Positions 46,156-56,361 of a stretch of 64,000 bases of DNA are shown here, piece after piece. The notes beneath the pieces were generated by a model. That model saw only the letters and a program-made list of their open reading frames with translations, made no database searches and was not told the origin of the DNA. The stretch spans positions 96,001-160,000 of the forward strand of contig JBBCAW010000008.1 in the NCBI GenBank assembly GCA_051382295.1, read 5' to 3'. Each line of letters starts with the position of its first letter. Within the stretch, counting starts at the first letter, position 1. A program made the position numbers and the translations under genes. The stretch is from Bdellovibrionota bacterium FG-1 (GTDB lineage: Bacteria > Bdellovibrionota > UBA1018).

Positions 46156-47138
46156 GGGTTGGCACCGTGAAATTCAGCGTATTTTCCTTCATCCGTTCGT
46201 AGCGCGGCATCCATCTGCGTTTCACCTTTAATGATGATTTGGGTCGGAGAGATCGCCACGGTTAATCCATATTGAATATCAGCATCGCCATGGGCATATT
46301 TCTGGTTTCCAAGGTCGACGTTGGCCACCCGAAGATGCGCCCTGAGATTGTCCTTAAACTCAACGTACTCGGGACGATCGGCAACGAGCTCATAGGCCGA
46401 GCCTTTCAGAACGGTCAGATCTTTGCTCGGATCAAATCGAAAAATCTCTTTGCCCTTTTGCAGCGCTACTTCGGCCGCGCCATGAGGGAGGACCATCGTC
46501 ATTTTCGCCTCGGGTGCGCCGATGCTCCAGCCTGTAAACCCAAAACTACCCGATAATTTTCCGACGGTGCCTACAGCACTCTGTTTAAACGAAACCAAGG
46601 CAAGACCATTAAAGGTCTGAGTCGATTTTCCATCGACCCCCAAAACCTTGAAAGTCACGCGACCTTCCAACCCTCGTTTCAGAAGACCTGAATTGTATTC
46701 AAGCCAATGGGTTCCATCGAAACTCAGAATGCCGCCGATTGCCCCGCCTAACTCGCGAGCATCTACGAAGTCAAGGGACACCAGAGACTTCACCGAACGA
46801 ATGACTCGAAGCGTGCCGTTTTGAAGATTGGCTTCCATACCTGAAACATCAGCAGACGAAGACAGGGCGGAAAGACCACCCGCAAAAGTGCCTTGGGCCA
46901 AAACCGCATCCGAGCCCAGTTCGCGAACCTCAACTGAGACAGAAGGCCCTTTTTGGGCTAATAACAAGAGTGCCTCGTGCTTGCCGAAATTGCCCTTAGC
47001 CTGAAGAAAAACATCACTTTCGGACTCGGGCATCAAGCTTTCACAGGCGGAAAACAGAAGAACAAAAAAAAGGCCTAACAAGATGAAAAGACTGATCTTT
47101 ATCTTGTAAATTAGCTTTTGCGACGACATAAATAGCAC
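46128..47138 (-). CDS. Hypothetical lipoprotein
   Basis: Lipobox FSAC; beta-rich sequence. Confidence 0.65.
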   Translation of the reverse strand: MLFMSSQKLIYKIKISLFILLGLFFVLLFSACESLMPESESDVFLQAKGNFGKHEALLLLAQKGPSVSVEVRELGSDAVLAQGTFAGGLSALSSSADVSGMEANLQNGTLRVIRSVKSLVSLDFVDARELGGAIGGILSFDGTHWLEYNSGLLKRGLEGRVTFKVLGVDGKSTQTFNGLALVSFKQSAVGTVGKLSGSFGFTGWSIGAPEAKMTMVLPHGAAEVALQKGKEIFRFDPSKDLTVLKGSAYELVADRPEYVEFKDNLRAHLRVANVDLGNQKYAHGDADIQYGLTVAISPTQIIIKGETQMDAALRTDEGKYAEFHGANPQFEAVCDW

Positions 47139-47233
47139 CTCGATAGAACCTCAGGGCATGCCAGTTCTTTCATATTTAACGCTATTTGTCAAATTTGGTA
47201 AAAACTCGCTTTGTTAAGCAATTAACATGCTTC

Positions 47234-47261
47234 TCAAGTCATCTGGTTTTCTCGACGATAG
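47234..47261 (+). promoter_or_regulatory. sigma28 (FliA)-like promoter
   Basis: TCAAG-N15-GACGATAG upstream of 47286. Confidence 0.45.
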
Positions 47262-47285
47262 GAAATACAGAAGGGAAGGATACCT

Positions 47286-48548
47286 GTGGGCCGGCTTCGT
47301 GCTTTTGCCATCACTGCAACCCTGGGAACCGCTTTGCTCCTCTCCAATAGCAACATGAATGCAGCCTGCCTTTCAAACATCCTGAAGGGCCTCCAGCAAT
47401 GGCCAGGTTCAAAGATAATTGCTTTTCAAGCCGAGGATAAGATCCTTCAAGAACAACTAAAAATCCTTAAAAGTCCGACTAGCGAATTTCTTCTGACCCA
47501 TACCCAAGTCGGTCACACAATCCTTTCACACTTGTCGGATAATAAAATAACACCTCATCCCAAAAAGGACCTCGGTTTTGATTCTGCCGCCTATTTTTCA
47601 TATTTTTCACTCAAAAAAAACATCCGAGGTCATGAAAAAACAGAAGACATCCAACCCTTACTCATTCGCCTCAAAGAGGCGGAAGACGGACTGGCCCACG
47701 TACGGAACGTGAACGGCCGGACGAGCGCGGACCCTCGAAAACTCAACGACGAAGAACGCGCAATGCTCGAGGAATATGCGAAGACCAATCTCATCATCAC
47801 CGAAGGCAAGCCGTTCGAGCTTGCCAAACCGACTAAAGACGCCGAAATTATTTTTGCGGAACGATTCAAACCGTTTGAGGACCCTCCTCCTCACCTGACT
47901 GGCAAAGAAGCCGCCGAGTGGCAGGCCAAAAGCTACTTCGATAAAATGAAGGCCTGCCTACGTTCTATGCCCTCTCAAGCCAAAAAAGAAAAAACCCTTC
48001 GAACCGCCTTGCAACAATTTGTCGTGAACGAGGCTTTTACGGTCGTCGGATATGTGACAGGCTCAGGTCGAAGAAAGGTCGATTGGATCAATCTGCCAAC
48101 CGACTTAGCAGTGGGAGGAGCAGCGTCTTTTATAGAACCCTATTTATCCACGGGAACAGGAACCCTCGGCGTTCGTTATGTGAAAATGGTGGCTTTTGGG
48201 GCGAACAAATCGGAGCTTGAAGGGATCATTTATTATCTCAACCCCAAAAGTGATCCCCATGGCCGCCCAAAACATGAGGTGGCCCGCGAACGGGCCACCT
48301 ATTCAGCTACCTGGGCCGTAGGCAACTCAGCCATCAAAATCGGCCTCTTCACCTTTATCCTGGGCTTGCAGTGCATGAACCAAAGCGTGAAGATGGACAT
48401 GGTCGCGAGTGGCTTACAAATCAGCCATCGCATCGCCTCATCTTGGGGATATTTCTATTTGCGAAATCACATTCTTTCTTCAAGCCCCGATAGTCGCGCC
48501 ACTCCCATCGCCACACCCAGCTCCTCAGATGCAGGGTCTATGAAGTAA
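47286..48548 (+). CDS. Hypothetical exported protein with C-terminal hydrophobic helices
   Basis: GGAAGGA SD, signal-like N-terminus, 420 aa. Confidence 0.65.
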   Translation: MGRLRAFAITATLGTALLLSNSNMNAACLSNILKGLQQWPGSKIIAFQAEDKILQEQLKILKSPTSEFLLTHTQVGHTILSHLSDNKITPHPKKDLGFDSAAYFSYFSLKKNIRGHEKTEDIQPLLIRLKEAEDGLAHVRNVNGRTSADPRKLNDEERAMLEEYAKTNLIITEGKPFELAKPTKDAEIIFAERFKPFEDPPPHLTGKEAAEWQAKSYFDKMKACLRSMPSQAKKEKTLRTALQQFVVNEAFTVVGYVTGSGRRKVDWINLPTDLAVGGAASFIEPYLSTGTGTLGVRYVKMVAFGANKSELEGIIYYLNPKSDPHGRPKHEVARERATYSATWAVGNSAIKIGLFTFILGLQCMNQSVKMDMVASGLQISHRIASSWGYFYLRNHILSSSPDSRATPIATPSSSDAGSMK

Positions 48549-49857
48549 CAACCATGCGCTTTTCAAACGTGGCGACAAAGCAAACTGCGCCGACGAGTGC
48601 TGAAATGGTGAAAAAAATAAATCCCCCACCCCAACCAAAATGATCGACGATCCACCCCGTCCCTACCCCGGATGCGATGCTGCCCAGATATCCAAACAAT
48701 CCAGTAAATCCCGTCGCAGTGGCCGCAGCATGCTTGCCTCCCGCATCCGCAGCGCACACGCCCACCATCATTTGAGGGCCATAGACTAAGAACCCAACAG
48801 CCCCGAGAGCCAAAGCATCCATCCACGGATAGCCAGGCGGAATCAGCCAAAATTCAAGGACTGCAAAAGCAAGAAGCACCATATAAACGACATTGATGAT
48901 TCCACGGCTATTTTTAAAATATTTGTCAGACAGCCAGCCAGCGAGAACCGCACCACCGATTCCTAAAAACTCAAAACTCGCCGCTTTAATCGAAGCGTTC
49001 GCTACACTTGAGTGCTTCACCTCGACCAAGAAAGTGGGGGCCCAATCCATTGCTCCATAGCGAACCAGGTAGACAAAAAAGTTGGCAATTGCCAGAAACC
49101 AAATCTGCTTATTTTTTAGGACGTGATTAAATAAAATGTCCTTGATGGGATGCTGGTTGTCTAAATTCAAGGTGACCGGAGGATAATCATTGCGATACTC
49201 CTCAATCGAAGGCAACCCCAGTGATTCGGGAGTATCACGTAAACGTTCCCAAAGAAAAACAGCCGCAACTAAAGCAATTGCGGCTGGCACAAAGAAGCTC
49301 GAACGCCACCCAAACTGCTGGGTCAAGACGCCACCCAGAATCAGAATCACCCCGCCGCCCACCTGATGCGCCGTATTCCAGATAGCCCACTTAGTTCCAC
49401 GTTCATTTGGGCTATACCACTGAGTGAGCAAGCGCGCACAGGGAGGCCACCCCATCCCCTGAAACCAACCGTTCAATCCCCAAACCAAACCCAGCATAAC
49501 CAAAGATGAACTAAACCCAAATAGGATGTTAGTCAGTGCCGAAAAAAACAGGCCAATGGCCATAAAATAGCGAGGATTGGCACGGTCGCCGAGGACGCCG
49601 TTAGCCATCTTGCTCACACCATAGGTCAGATATAAGATTGACCAAATGGCACCTATCTGCGTTTTAGAGTACCCGAGATCCTGGATCAACGCCGGTGTCG
49701 CGGCGGATAAATTTTTGCGGGTAAAATAAAAAATCGCGTATCCGATAAACATCGCGTACATCGTCCGAATACGCCAGTGCGTGTACAAACGTTGAATCTG
49801 AGCCGAATCTTTAATTCGTGGCGCCGCCGGTTGAGCCTTCAGGAAAGACCAGTTCAT
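48538..49857 (-). CDS. OPA-family MFS transporter (UhpC/GlpT/PgtP-like)
   Basis: YFTRKN, GWFQGMGWPPC, ERG, WNTAH, RDTP, YGPQ, GFTGLFGYLG. Confidence 0.92.
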   Translation of the reverse strand: MNWSFLKAQPAAPRIKDSAQIQRLYTHWRIRTMYAMFIGYAIFYFTRKNLSAATPALIQDLGYSKTQIGAIWSILYLTYGVSKMANGVLGDRANPRYFMAIGLFFSALTNILFGFSSSLVMLGLVWGLNGWFQGMGWPPCARLLTQWYSPNERGTKWAIWNTAHQVGGGVILILGGVLTQQFGWRSSFFVPAAIALVAAVFLWERLRDTPESLGLPSIEEYRNDYPPVTLNLDNQHPIKDILFNHVLKNKQIWFLAIANFFVYLVRYGAMDWAPTFLVEVKHSSVANASIKAASFEFLGIGGAVLAGWLSDKYFKNSRGIINVVYMVLLAFAVLEFWLIPPGYPWMDALALGAVGFLVYGPQMMVGVCAADAGGKHAAATATGFTGLFGYLGSIASGVGTGWIVDHFGWGGGFIFFTISALVGAVCFVATFEKRMVVTS

Positions 49858-49967
49858 GCCGCTTCCTCTTTCTCGATTTGCTATCCTATGCTATAGAGTC
49901 AACGCAACACATGGCATTACGCAATTGGAATTTTGCTTTTTAATCAACTAGATCCTTTTTACCCTTT

Positions 49968-50942
49968 ATGATTTTTACCTTCAATCCCACGCCAGCTCAT
50001 TCTCATTGGATCACTCTTTCAGGACCTGATTCGGAGGATTTTTTACATCGCCTCACGACTGTGAACGTAAAAAGTCTCCCAACAGGCTCGGGACACCCAG
50101 GTTTCTTTCTAACCGCCCAGGGAAAAATTCGAGCGATTTTTGATCTTTGGCATTTTGGACCACAAGATTTCGCTTTTGAAATCAACCCGGGCAAAGGGGG
50201 GCATTGGCGGACTGAACTTTTGGCCGCAATTGATCAATACACCTTTGCCGAAAGATTCACTCTCACTGAGGCCGCCTCACTCGAGTGCCGTTGGTTTTTC
50301 GCTGAAAGCGCTTACGCTTCTGAACTTCTTCAAACTTTGGGAACCCCCCACTTAGCGGCACATCATACCACGGCCCTGGATGAGGAAATTCGCCTTTGCC
50401 ACCATGGCGAACGCCATTATGGCCACACCTGGGTCAGCGCGTGGGGGAGACCCGCACGACTAGCCCAATGGTTCGAACGCGCGCTTGGCTCATCCCCGAC
50501 CACGCCACTCAAATTCGAACAGCTTGAAGCTTGGCGAATCCAAGCCCTTCAACCCGAACTCGATCACGAAATTACTTTTGATACCATCCCACTCGAAGTT
50601 GGCCTAATCCATGGTCTCGACGAGGCAAAAGGCTGTTATCCAGGGCAAGAGGTGATTGAACGCATTCTCTCTTTAGGTTCCCCTGCACGTCGCCTGGCAC
50701 TCATTCATGGACAAGGCACCCCGCCCAAACCGGGAGATCCGATTTTCAATCTAGCTGAACCTCCCATCGAAGTAGGCCAAGTGACAAGCGTGCTGGTGAG
50801 CATCGCGTCCCCCACCCAAGCGGAGAATTTTACCGCTCTGGGTTTTGTCCGAAAAATTCACGCCAAACCCGACCTAGAAGTCCAGTTCACCCCCTCGGAA
50901 AGCCGCGGCCGGATCGACCGGCTCGCGCCTTATGGCCGCTAA
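49968..50942 (+). CDS. ygfZ: YgfZ/GcvT-like folate-binding protein
   Basis: KGCYPGQE motif. Confidence 0.88.
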   Translation: MIFTFNPTPAHSHWITLSGPDSEDFLHRLTTVNVKSLPTGSGHPGFFLTAQGKIRAIFDLWHFGPQDFAFEINPGKGGHWRTELLAAIDQYTFAERFTLTEAASLECRWFFAESAYASELLQTLGTPHLAAHHTTALDEEIRLCHHGERHYGHTWVSAWGRPARLAQWFERALGSSPTTPLKFEQLEAWRIQALQPELDHEITFDTIPLEVGLIHGLDEAKGCYPGQEVIERILSLGSPARRLALIHGQGTPPKPGDPIFNLAEPPIEVGQVTSVLVSIASPTQAENFTALGFVRKIHAKPDLEVQFTPSESRGRIDRLAPYGR

Positions 50943-53856
50943 AAAGCTTCTGATTTTATTTACGTTCTGCTTTTTTTGGAATATGTCCTCCGCTCGAGCC
51001 ATCCTCGGAGATCAGCTGGGTTTATCTCCTTTTTGGCACTGGCAGACCCTCGAATCAGAGCATTTTCGCGTTACTTTTCCGGCCGAACTTTCGCCCGTTG
51101 CCCAAAGAATGGCGGGCCACTTGGAGCAAGCCCATTCGATTTTAGCCCCACGACTCCATTGGCAACCCTGGCACAAAACTCAAATCCTGGTGATTGATAA
51201 CGCGGATCTGGCTAATGGCCTAACCACCGCCGTAGCCCGGCTAGGCATTGTTTTGTATGTTACGCCCCCGGACTCTTGGTTCAGCACGGCTTATTACGAC
51301 GATTGGCTAAGGCTGCTGGCTATCCACGAATACACCCACTTTTTGAATATGGACGCGACGGATGATTTTTACATTCCCCTGAGATACCTCGTCGGCGATG
51401 TCTTGCTCCCGAACTCGGCTTGGCCCTCTTGGATGCTCGAGGGATTGGCCGTCTATATGGAAACCCGGTTTACTCATGCCGGCAGGGGCCGAAGTCCACT
51501 GTACGAGATGATCCTTCGCACCGCCGTCGAAGCCAATCAACTCGATTCCCCCCAGTTCATGACTTTGGACCGACTCAATGGAGGCAATCCCTGGAACCCA
51601 GCCGGCGAGACACCCTACCTTTTTGGCTATCAGTTGATGAACCAGATTGAGCAGGAGCACGAAGACGCCCTGGGCAGTTTATCGATTCGTTCGGCGGGGC
51701 GAATCCCGTTTTTCATCAATGGAAATCTTGAAAACATTACGGGAAAAGACTGGCCCCAGTATTGGAAAGAATGGGTTGAGCAAACCCAAAAGCGCATGAC
51801 CACTCAATTGGAGCAAATCCGAGCCCAACCCGTCACCCCGGTAGAGATTATTTCTCCGGACACCTCCCTTGAAGGCCTCGGAGCCACACCATCGCCCGAC
51901 GGCAAATGGCTTGCCTATACCAACGATTCTGCCGACCGCCGCTCCGGCCTTTATCTGATGGACTTAACCCACACCGCAGAGCGGCCCAAAAGGATTGCCG
52001 ACAAATTTTTTGGCGCCACCGCCGCCTTTACTCCAGACTCTAAAAACCTCATTTACAGTTCCATTCACCGATCTGATACTTACTATCTCTGGAGCGATTT
52101 AGCCGTCTACGACCTCAACCAAGATTCAACTTACTGGCTCAGCGACCATTTGCGCGCGCGAGATCCCGATGTTTCGCACGATGGGCAATGGGTCACCTTC
52201 ACCCTCACCGAAGTTTTAACAACCTCCCTGGCCCTGGCGCCTCTTCAACGGGACAAAAACGGTCGTTTGCAATTAGGAGCACCTCAGCGCTTAGCGACGA
52301 CGCAACCGTACGATCGTGTGTCCTCTCCGCGATTTTCACGGGATGGCCGGACCATTTATTACTCTCTTCACCAAAATGGCCAGGCCAGCGAAGAACTGAT
52401 GAGCTGGAATATTTCAGAAAACCGCGCAACCGTGCTCGTATCTAATGGCAAATTCAATCGGAATCCAGCGGTTTCACCTCAGGGCGAGGTCTACTTTGTT
52501 TCGGACCTAAACGGAGTGGACAACCTCTATCGACTAGTCCCGTCCGCCCCGCCCCAGGTTGTCACAAACGTGACCACGGGACTTGCGTTTCCCATTTTTG
52601 GCCCGACTCTTTACGCTACCTATTACACCTGGCAAGGGTGGAAGATTGGCCGAATTTCACTCGACCCCAAGGAATCACGCGTCTCTTCGTCCGCTCCTCT
52701 CATCCAATCGCCCCCCATGCCAGTGCTGGATTCGCTCTCGGACGACATGATCCCATCCACCTCCTATCCTGTGCACGACTACTCACTTTTTCCGTCCTTA
52801 TTACCGCGTCAGTGGCTCATTGCTCCATTGTTTTTCCCAGGTGGAATTTTTGTTCTGGGTGAAATCGCCGGGTTCGACGCCACGGACCGCCACTCCTATA
52901 TCGCCGGACTAGGTTATAATTCGAACCTTCACCGATGGGACTGGCAAACGACCTATTCTAATCGCTCCTGGGGTCCCACCCTTAGCCTCAACGCCTCCCA
53001 GCGCACCAGCAACTTCGAAACCAATGACAGCGAAATCACTCAATATACGCGTAGAGATAGTGCATCGGCCGCTCTTTCGTTTCCATTTCGCTGGACTTAT
53101 TCTTCCCTCACTCCTGTCTTTGGCTTGAGTGCCGAACGCAGTTATGATTTCTTAAGTCCAGAGACCACAACGCCGGATGTGCTAGTATCCCAAAGTCGCT
53201 ATGTGCCCATCGCAGACTTTTCACTTTTCTACTCCGCGGCCGAATTCTCAAGACTCGCCATCAGTCCAGAACATGGGCGCAACTCCGCGGCGGGCATTCG
53301 GCTCTATGAGGACTCCGGGCGAGCCATTTGGAAGGGATCTTTAAAGGACGAAGAATATTTTGAAATTCTCCCTCATACCGTCTTAATCCCATCAGCCAAA
53401 GCACTTTGGACATCGAGTTTTGACTCCAACTACGGTCCGGCTAACTCCGTGGTGCAAGGCCGTACCGCGGGCCTTTCGAGTGTTTTCCCCAATAGCACAT
53501 TTGATGAAATTGGCTTACGTGGTTACCCTTTTCAGATCTTTTATTCCCAGGCGGTAGCCGTAGGATCGCTGGATTTGCGCTTTCCCTTATCATGGATTTA
53601 TCGCGGCTGGAGCACCCATCCATTTTTTGCCAAAAACCTTTATGGCTTTACTTTTGCCGAAGCAGCGTACTTTCCCACTTCTCGCCTGGACATACCGGTC
53701 CTGCCGTCTGCTGGGGTCGGCATTCGACTCAACACCGAGGTCTTACTCAGGGTACCGCTCATCTTTTCACTAGAATACCACCAAGGCTTTCGGACCAGCC
53801 TGGGTGGAAAGTCGGATTTCTTTGCGACCGTCAACCTAGGGCAAATTCAGCTTTAA
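50932..53856 (+). CDS. Outer-membrane protein: zincin-like domain + TolB/PD40 propeller + BamA/TamA-like barrel
   Basis: HEYTH...EGLAVY, SPDGK/SHDGQ/SRDGR repeats, LRGYP barrel motif. Confidence 0.75.
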   Translation: MAAKKLLILFTFCFFWNMSSARAILGDQLGLSPFWHWQTLESEHFRVTFPAELSPVAQRMAGHLEQAHSILAPRLHWQPWHKTQILVIDNADLANGLTTAVARLGIVLYVTPPDSWFSTAYYDDWLRLLAIHEYTHFLNMDATDDFYIPLRYLVGDVLLPNSAWPSWMLEGLAVYMETRFTHAGRGRSPLYEMILRTAVEANQLDSPQFMTLDRLNGGNPWNPAGETPYLFGYQLMNQIEQEHEDALGSLSIRSAGRIPFFINGNLENITGKDWPQYWKEWVEQTQKRMTTQLEQIRAQPVTPVEIISPDTSLEGLGATPSPDGKWLAYTNDSADRRSGLYLMDLTHTAERPKRIADKFFGATAAFTPDSKNLIYSSIHRSDTYYLWSDLAVYDLNQDSTYWLSDHLRARDPDVSHDGQWVTFTLTEVLTTSLALAPLQRDKNGRLQLGAPQRLATTQPYDRVSSPRFSRDGRTIYYSLHQNGQASEELMSWNISENRATVLVSNGKFNRNPAVSPQGEVYFVSDLNGVDNLYRLVPSAPPQVVTNVTTGLAFPIFGPTLYATYYTWQGWKIGRISLDPKESRVSSSAPLIQSPPMPVLDSLSDDMIPSTSYPVHDYSLFPSLLPRQWLIAPLFFPGGIFVLGEIAGFDATDRHSYIAGLGYNSNLHRWDWQTTYSNRSWGPTLSLNASQRTSNFETNDSEITQYTRRDSASAALSFPFRWTYSSLTPVFGLSAERSYDFLSPETTTPDVLVSQSRYVPIADFSLFYSAAEFSRLAISPEHGRNSAAGIRLYEDSGRAIWKGSLKDEEYFEILPHTVLIPSAKALWTSSFDSNYGPANSVVQGRTAGLSSVFPNSTFDEIGLRGYPFQIFYSQAVAVGSLDLRFPLSWIYRGWSTHPFFAKNLYGFTFAEAAYFPTSRLDIPVLPSAGVGIRLNTEVLLRVPLIFSLEYHQGFRTSLGGKSDFFATVNLGQIQL

Positions 53857-54928
53857 TGAGGGCTTGGGACGTCAAATAATCGTAGCCTTGCTGGCTCTCG
53901 AGTGGAAATCGCCCCAGAGTCCGCTGAGCATCGTCGTAAAGTTCAAAGTCGACCAGAACCTCAATCACATAGCGAAGAAACTTGGTTCTTTCAGCCGCGG
54001 TTTTTGCCGCTTTCTCAAGCGCAACGAGCCCCCGCGAACCATGACAGCTCAAAAGAAAATATTTTCCCGTCACAATCAGTGCCGAACAAATCGAACGCAC
54101 GAGTTCATCATGTCGTCCGCCGATCAGCTGAAAAACTCGATAATATCCCTCAATATCGTCATAATTCTGGGTCATGATGGCCAACCTCAAAACGGAGGCA
54201 AGCCGTGTGGGATTGGCTGGAAAATATTGCACTAATTTTTTGGCAACGTCGTATGCTTCCGGATAGTCCTGATTTTTATAATGCAGCTCAAAAAGTCCAT
54301 TCAGACATTTGTAATGAATTTTATTGAACTCAAGTCCGAGTTGATAATCCTCGGTAGCCGATTTGACTGCCTTTTTGAGAGCCTCCGCCTGTCCCTTATA
54401 AAAACAGGCCAACGCCGGCTTGGCAAAAACCTTCATGGCTTCATTTAAATGGACAATTGCCGCATCATAATCTTGCCGCGCGATCATGGTTTTGGCCTGG
54501 TCGATCATCTGACTATAGTCACTCGGAAACAATTTTGCTTGAATCGCCAGGGTCAAAGAGCGCTTAAGCGTCGCCGAAGAATACGGTTTAATGATAAAGG
54601 TATCGACATCTTCTTCCGCGGCGGCGGCTACGGCGGACTGCGAAGTATTACCTGTAATGAGGGCAAAAACACTTTTCCGTGAGTCTGGATTTATTTTTCG
54701 CTGTTCTTGAATTAAATCCAAACCCGAATACACACCCAACTTAAACTCACACAGAAGGATTTGTGGCTGTTGCTTTTGAATGCAGGCCAACGCCTCATGA
54801 TAATCCCCCGAAGAAATAATATTGGTTTCCAAAAATCCAAGCTCTTTAAGCATGGACATCAAACGAGTTCTCGATCCGACACTAGGATCAGCAATCAGAA
54901 CACGGGCCTGAGATGCGAAATCAACCAT
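53831..54928 (-). CDS. Receiver (atypical) + TPR protein
   Basis: REC fold (VLIAD...IIKPY) followed by TPR-like helices. Confidence 0.8.
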   Translation of the reverse strand: MVDFASQARVLIADPSVGSRTRLMSMLKELGFLETNIISSGDYHEALACIQKQQPQILLCEFKLGVYSGLDLIQEQRKINPDSRKSVFALITGNTSQSAVAAAAEEDVDTFIIKPYSSATLKRSLTLAIQAKLFPSDYSQMIDQAKTMIARQDYDAAIVHLNEAMKVFAKPALACFYKGQAEALKKAVKSATEDYQLGLEFNKIHYKCLNGLFELHYKNQDYPEAYDVAKKLVQYFPANPTRLASVLRLAIMTQNYDDIEGYYRVFQLIGGRHDELVRSICSALIVTGKYFLLSCHGSRGLVALEKAAKTAAERTKFLRYVIEVLVDFELYDDAQRTLGRFPLESQQGYDYLTSQALIKAEFALG

Positions 54929-56261
54929 GACCCGTCGCCTCCATTAAAAATCGCGTGATTTCTAATTGCTTTTGCTCAATTGTGGCATCGATTTCATCCA
55001 GCTGCGGATACGAATCTTTTTCCATCTCGACCAAGACGAGCTCTCGACCGCTATCTGTGCTCGCCAGAGATGAATGAATTTGTCTCACTCTACCCTTCAA
55101 TTCGAGGACGCGGAGACTGTCCTTCTCGATGAGCGATAGTCTGAATGAAAGCAGCTCGTCTGGCTGAATTCCAGCGCTCGGGATCTCTAACCAAATCAAG
55201 CCATTTTCTCGTTCCAACATCACGGCATCAACCAAAGAAGCCCCATTTGGACTTTCGACTCGAGTCACGCTGATGGCCAATCGTGTTTGATCAAATGTTT
55301 TCTCGCCGGTGAGCCATTCGTGAGGCTGGGCTGGATGGACAGGATCCTTGGCAAAACTACTCCGAATAGCCTGAAGCTTCCGCTCAGCGCTCTTTGAATT
55401 TTCCGCCAAATCGAGGATGTCATCTTGTCTTGAACGAAATCGAAAGGAGGCGCTCTCGCCTGGCGCCTTATAAAACAAGGCGGGACTAGGACTCACAAAA
55501 CGCCAACATTCATTTTTCCAAATAAACTCGGGTTTTCGGCCCACAAAAAACCAAGTCCCCCGCCCCGGCAGAAAAGGATCTTGCCCCGCCGGAAACTTCG
55601 AAACCCACTCAAAGACCGAACGTCCTTTTTGCGACTGAGAAGGCACCTCAACCCAACTTCCAACGGAAGGACCAGGCCCGAGCATCTCGCAAAGCCAGAC
55701 CCCACGGACACATTTAAAGTCGCTGGCGTCAGTGGCCAGCCAAAAATCCTGCTCGAGTTCAAGCGCTGAGGACATTTGAACTTGAGTTTTTGACCGGCCC
55801 CCTTTTGTAGGAGGAATAGAAATTTGGGCAGGAGGAGGAGAAGCAATTTGCTGAAGATGCTGCTGAACCTTTAAAATCAAAGTTTTTTGCGGCAACCCCT
55901 CTTGAATGACTTCAGAAATGCCCAGTTTCGAAAGCACGGAATCGAGGTTGAAGGAAGAGTCTGCCTTGAGCAAGGAATAAACTACAATGCGAAGACTACC
56001 TTGATCGATATCCTTTTTGAAAAGCGGAATCACACTCATCAAAGAACTGAGTTCAGCCTTATGGCTTAATAGAACAACCATCAGTCCCTGATTCATTCCG
56101 CGGGTTTTGTCTTGGATCTGGTTGACGAACAGGCATTGCCGCGCAAAAATATTCTTGATTTGTTGAACATTGGCAAAAAGTGCGTCGTATCCTACCGATC
56201 GAGTCGGTGTTCCGAAAAACCAAACCATGACCTTGCCTGAGGGCGAATCCGCGTTCTCCAT
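54921..56261 (-). CDS. Hypothetical protein: degenerate receiver-like N-terminus, possible PilZ-like C-terminus
   Basis: GAGGG SD; alpha/beta N-terminal pattern; C-terminal LELKGRVRQI strand pattern. Confidence 0.55.
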   Translation of the reverse strand: MENADSPSGKVMVWFFGTPTRSVGYDALFANVQQIKNIFARQCLFVNQIQDKTRGMNQGLMVVLLSHKAELSSLMSVIPLFKKDIDQGSLRIVVYSLLKADSSFNLDSVLSKLGISEVIQEGLPQKTLILKVQQHLQQIASPPPAQISIPPTKGGRSKTQVQMSSALELEQDFWLATDASDFKCVRGVWLCEMLGPGPSVGSWVEVPSQSQKGRSVFEWVSKFPAGQDPFLPGRGTWFFVGRKPEFIWKNECWRFVSPSPALFYKAPGESASFRFRSRQDDILDLAENSKSAERKLQAIRSSFAKDPVHPAQPHEWLTGEKTFDQTRLAISVTRVESPNGASLVDAVMLERENGLIWLEIPSAGIQPDELLSFRLSLIEKDSLRVLELKGRVRQIHSSLASTDSGRELVLVEMEKDSYPQLDEIDATIEQKQLEITRFLMEATGHG

Positions 56262-56361
56262 CCCTCTATATTACAAGACCAATTCAAACGGCCAAGAGGC
56301 AGATTTTGCCTTGTGCCGCACCCCCTCGGAAAGTTACACAAAAGAGAACCAGGAGATACCC

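Noticed and set aside
56170..56361. N-terminal extension of the fabI ORF
   Set aside because: It overlaps the divergent gene, and ATG 56362 has a clear AGGAG SD.
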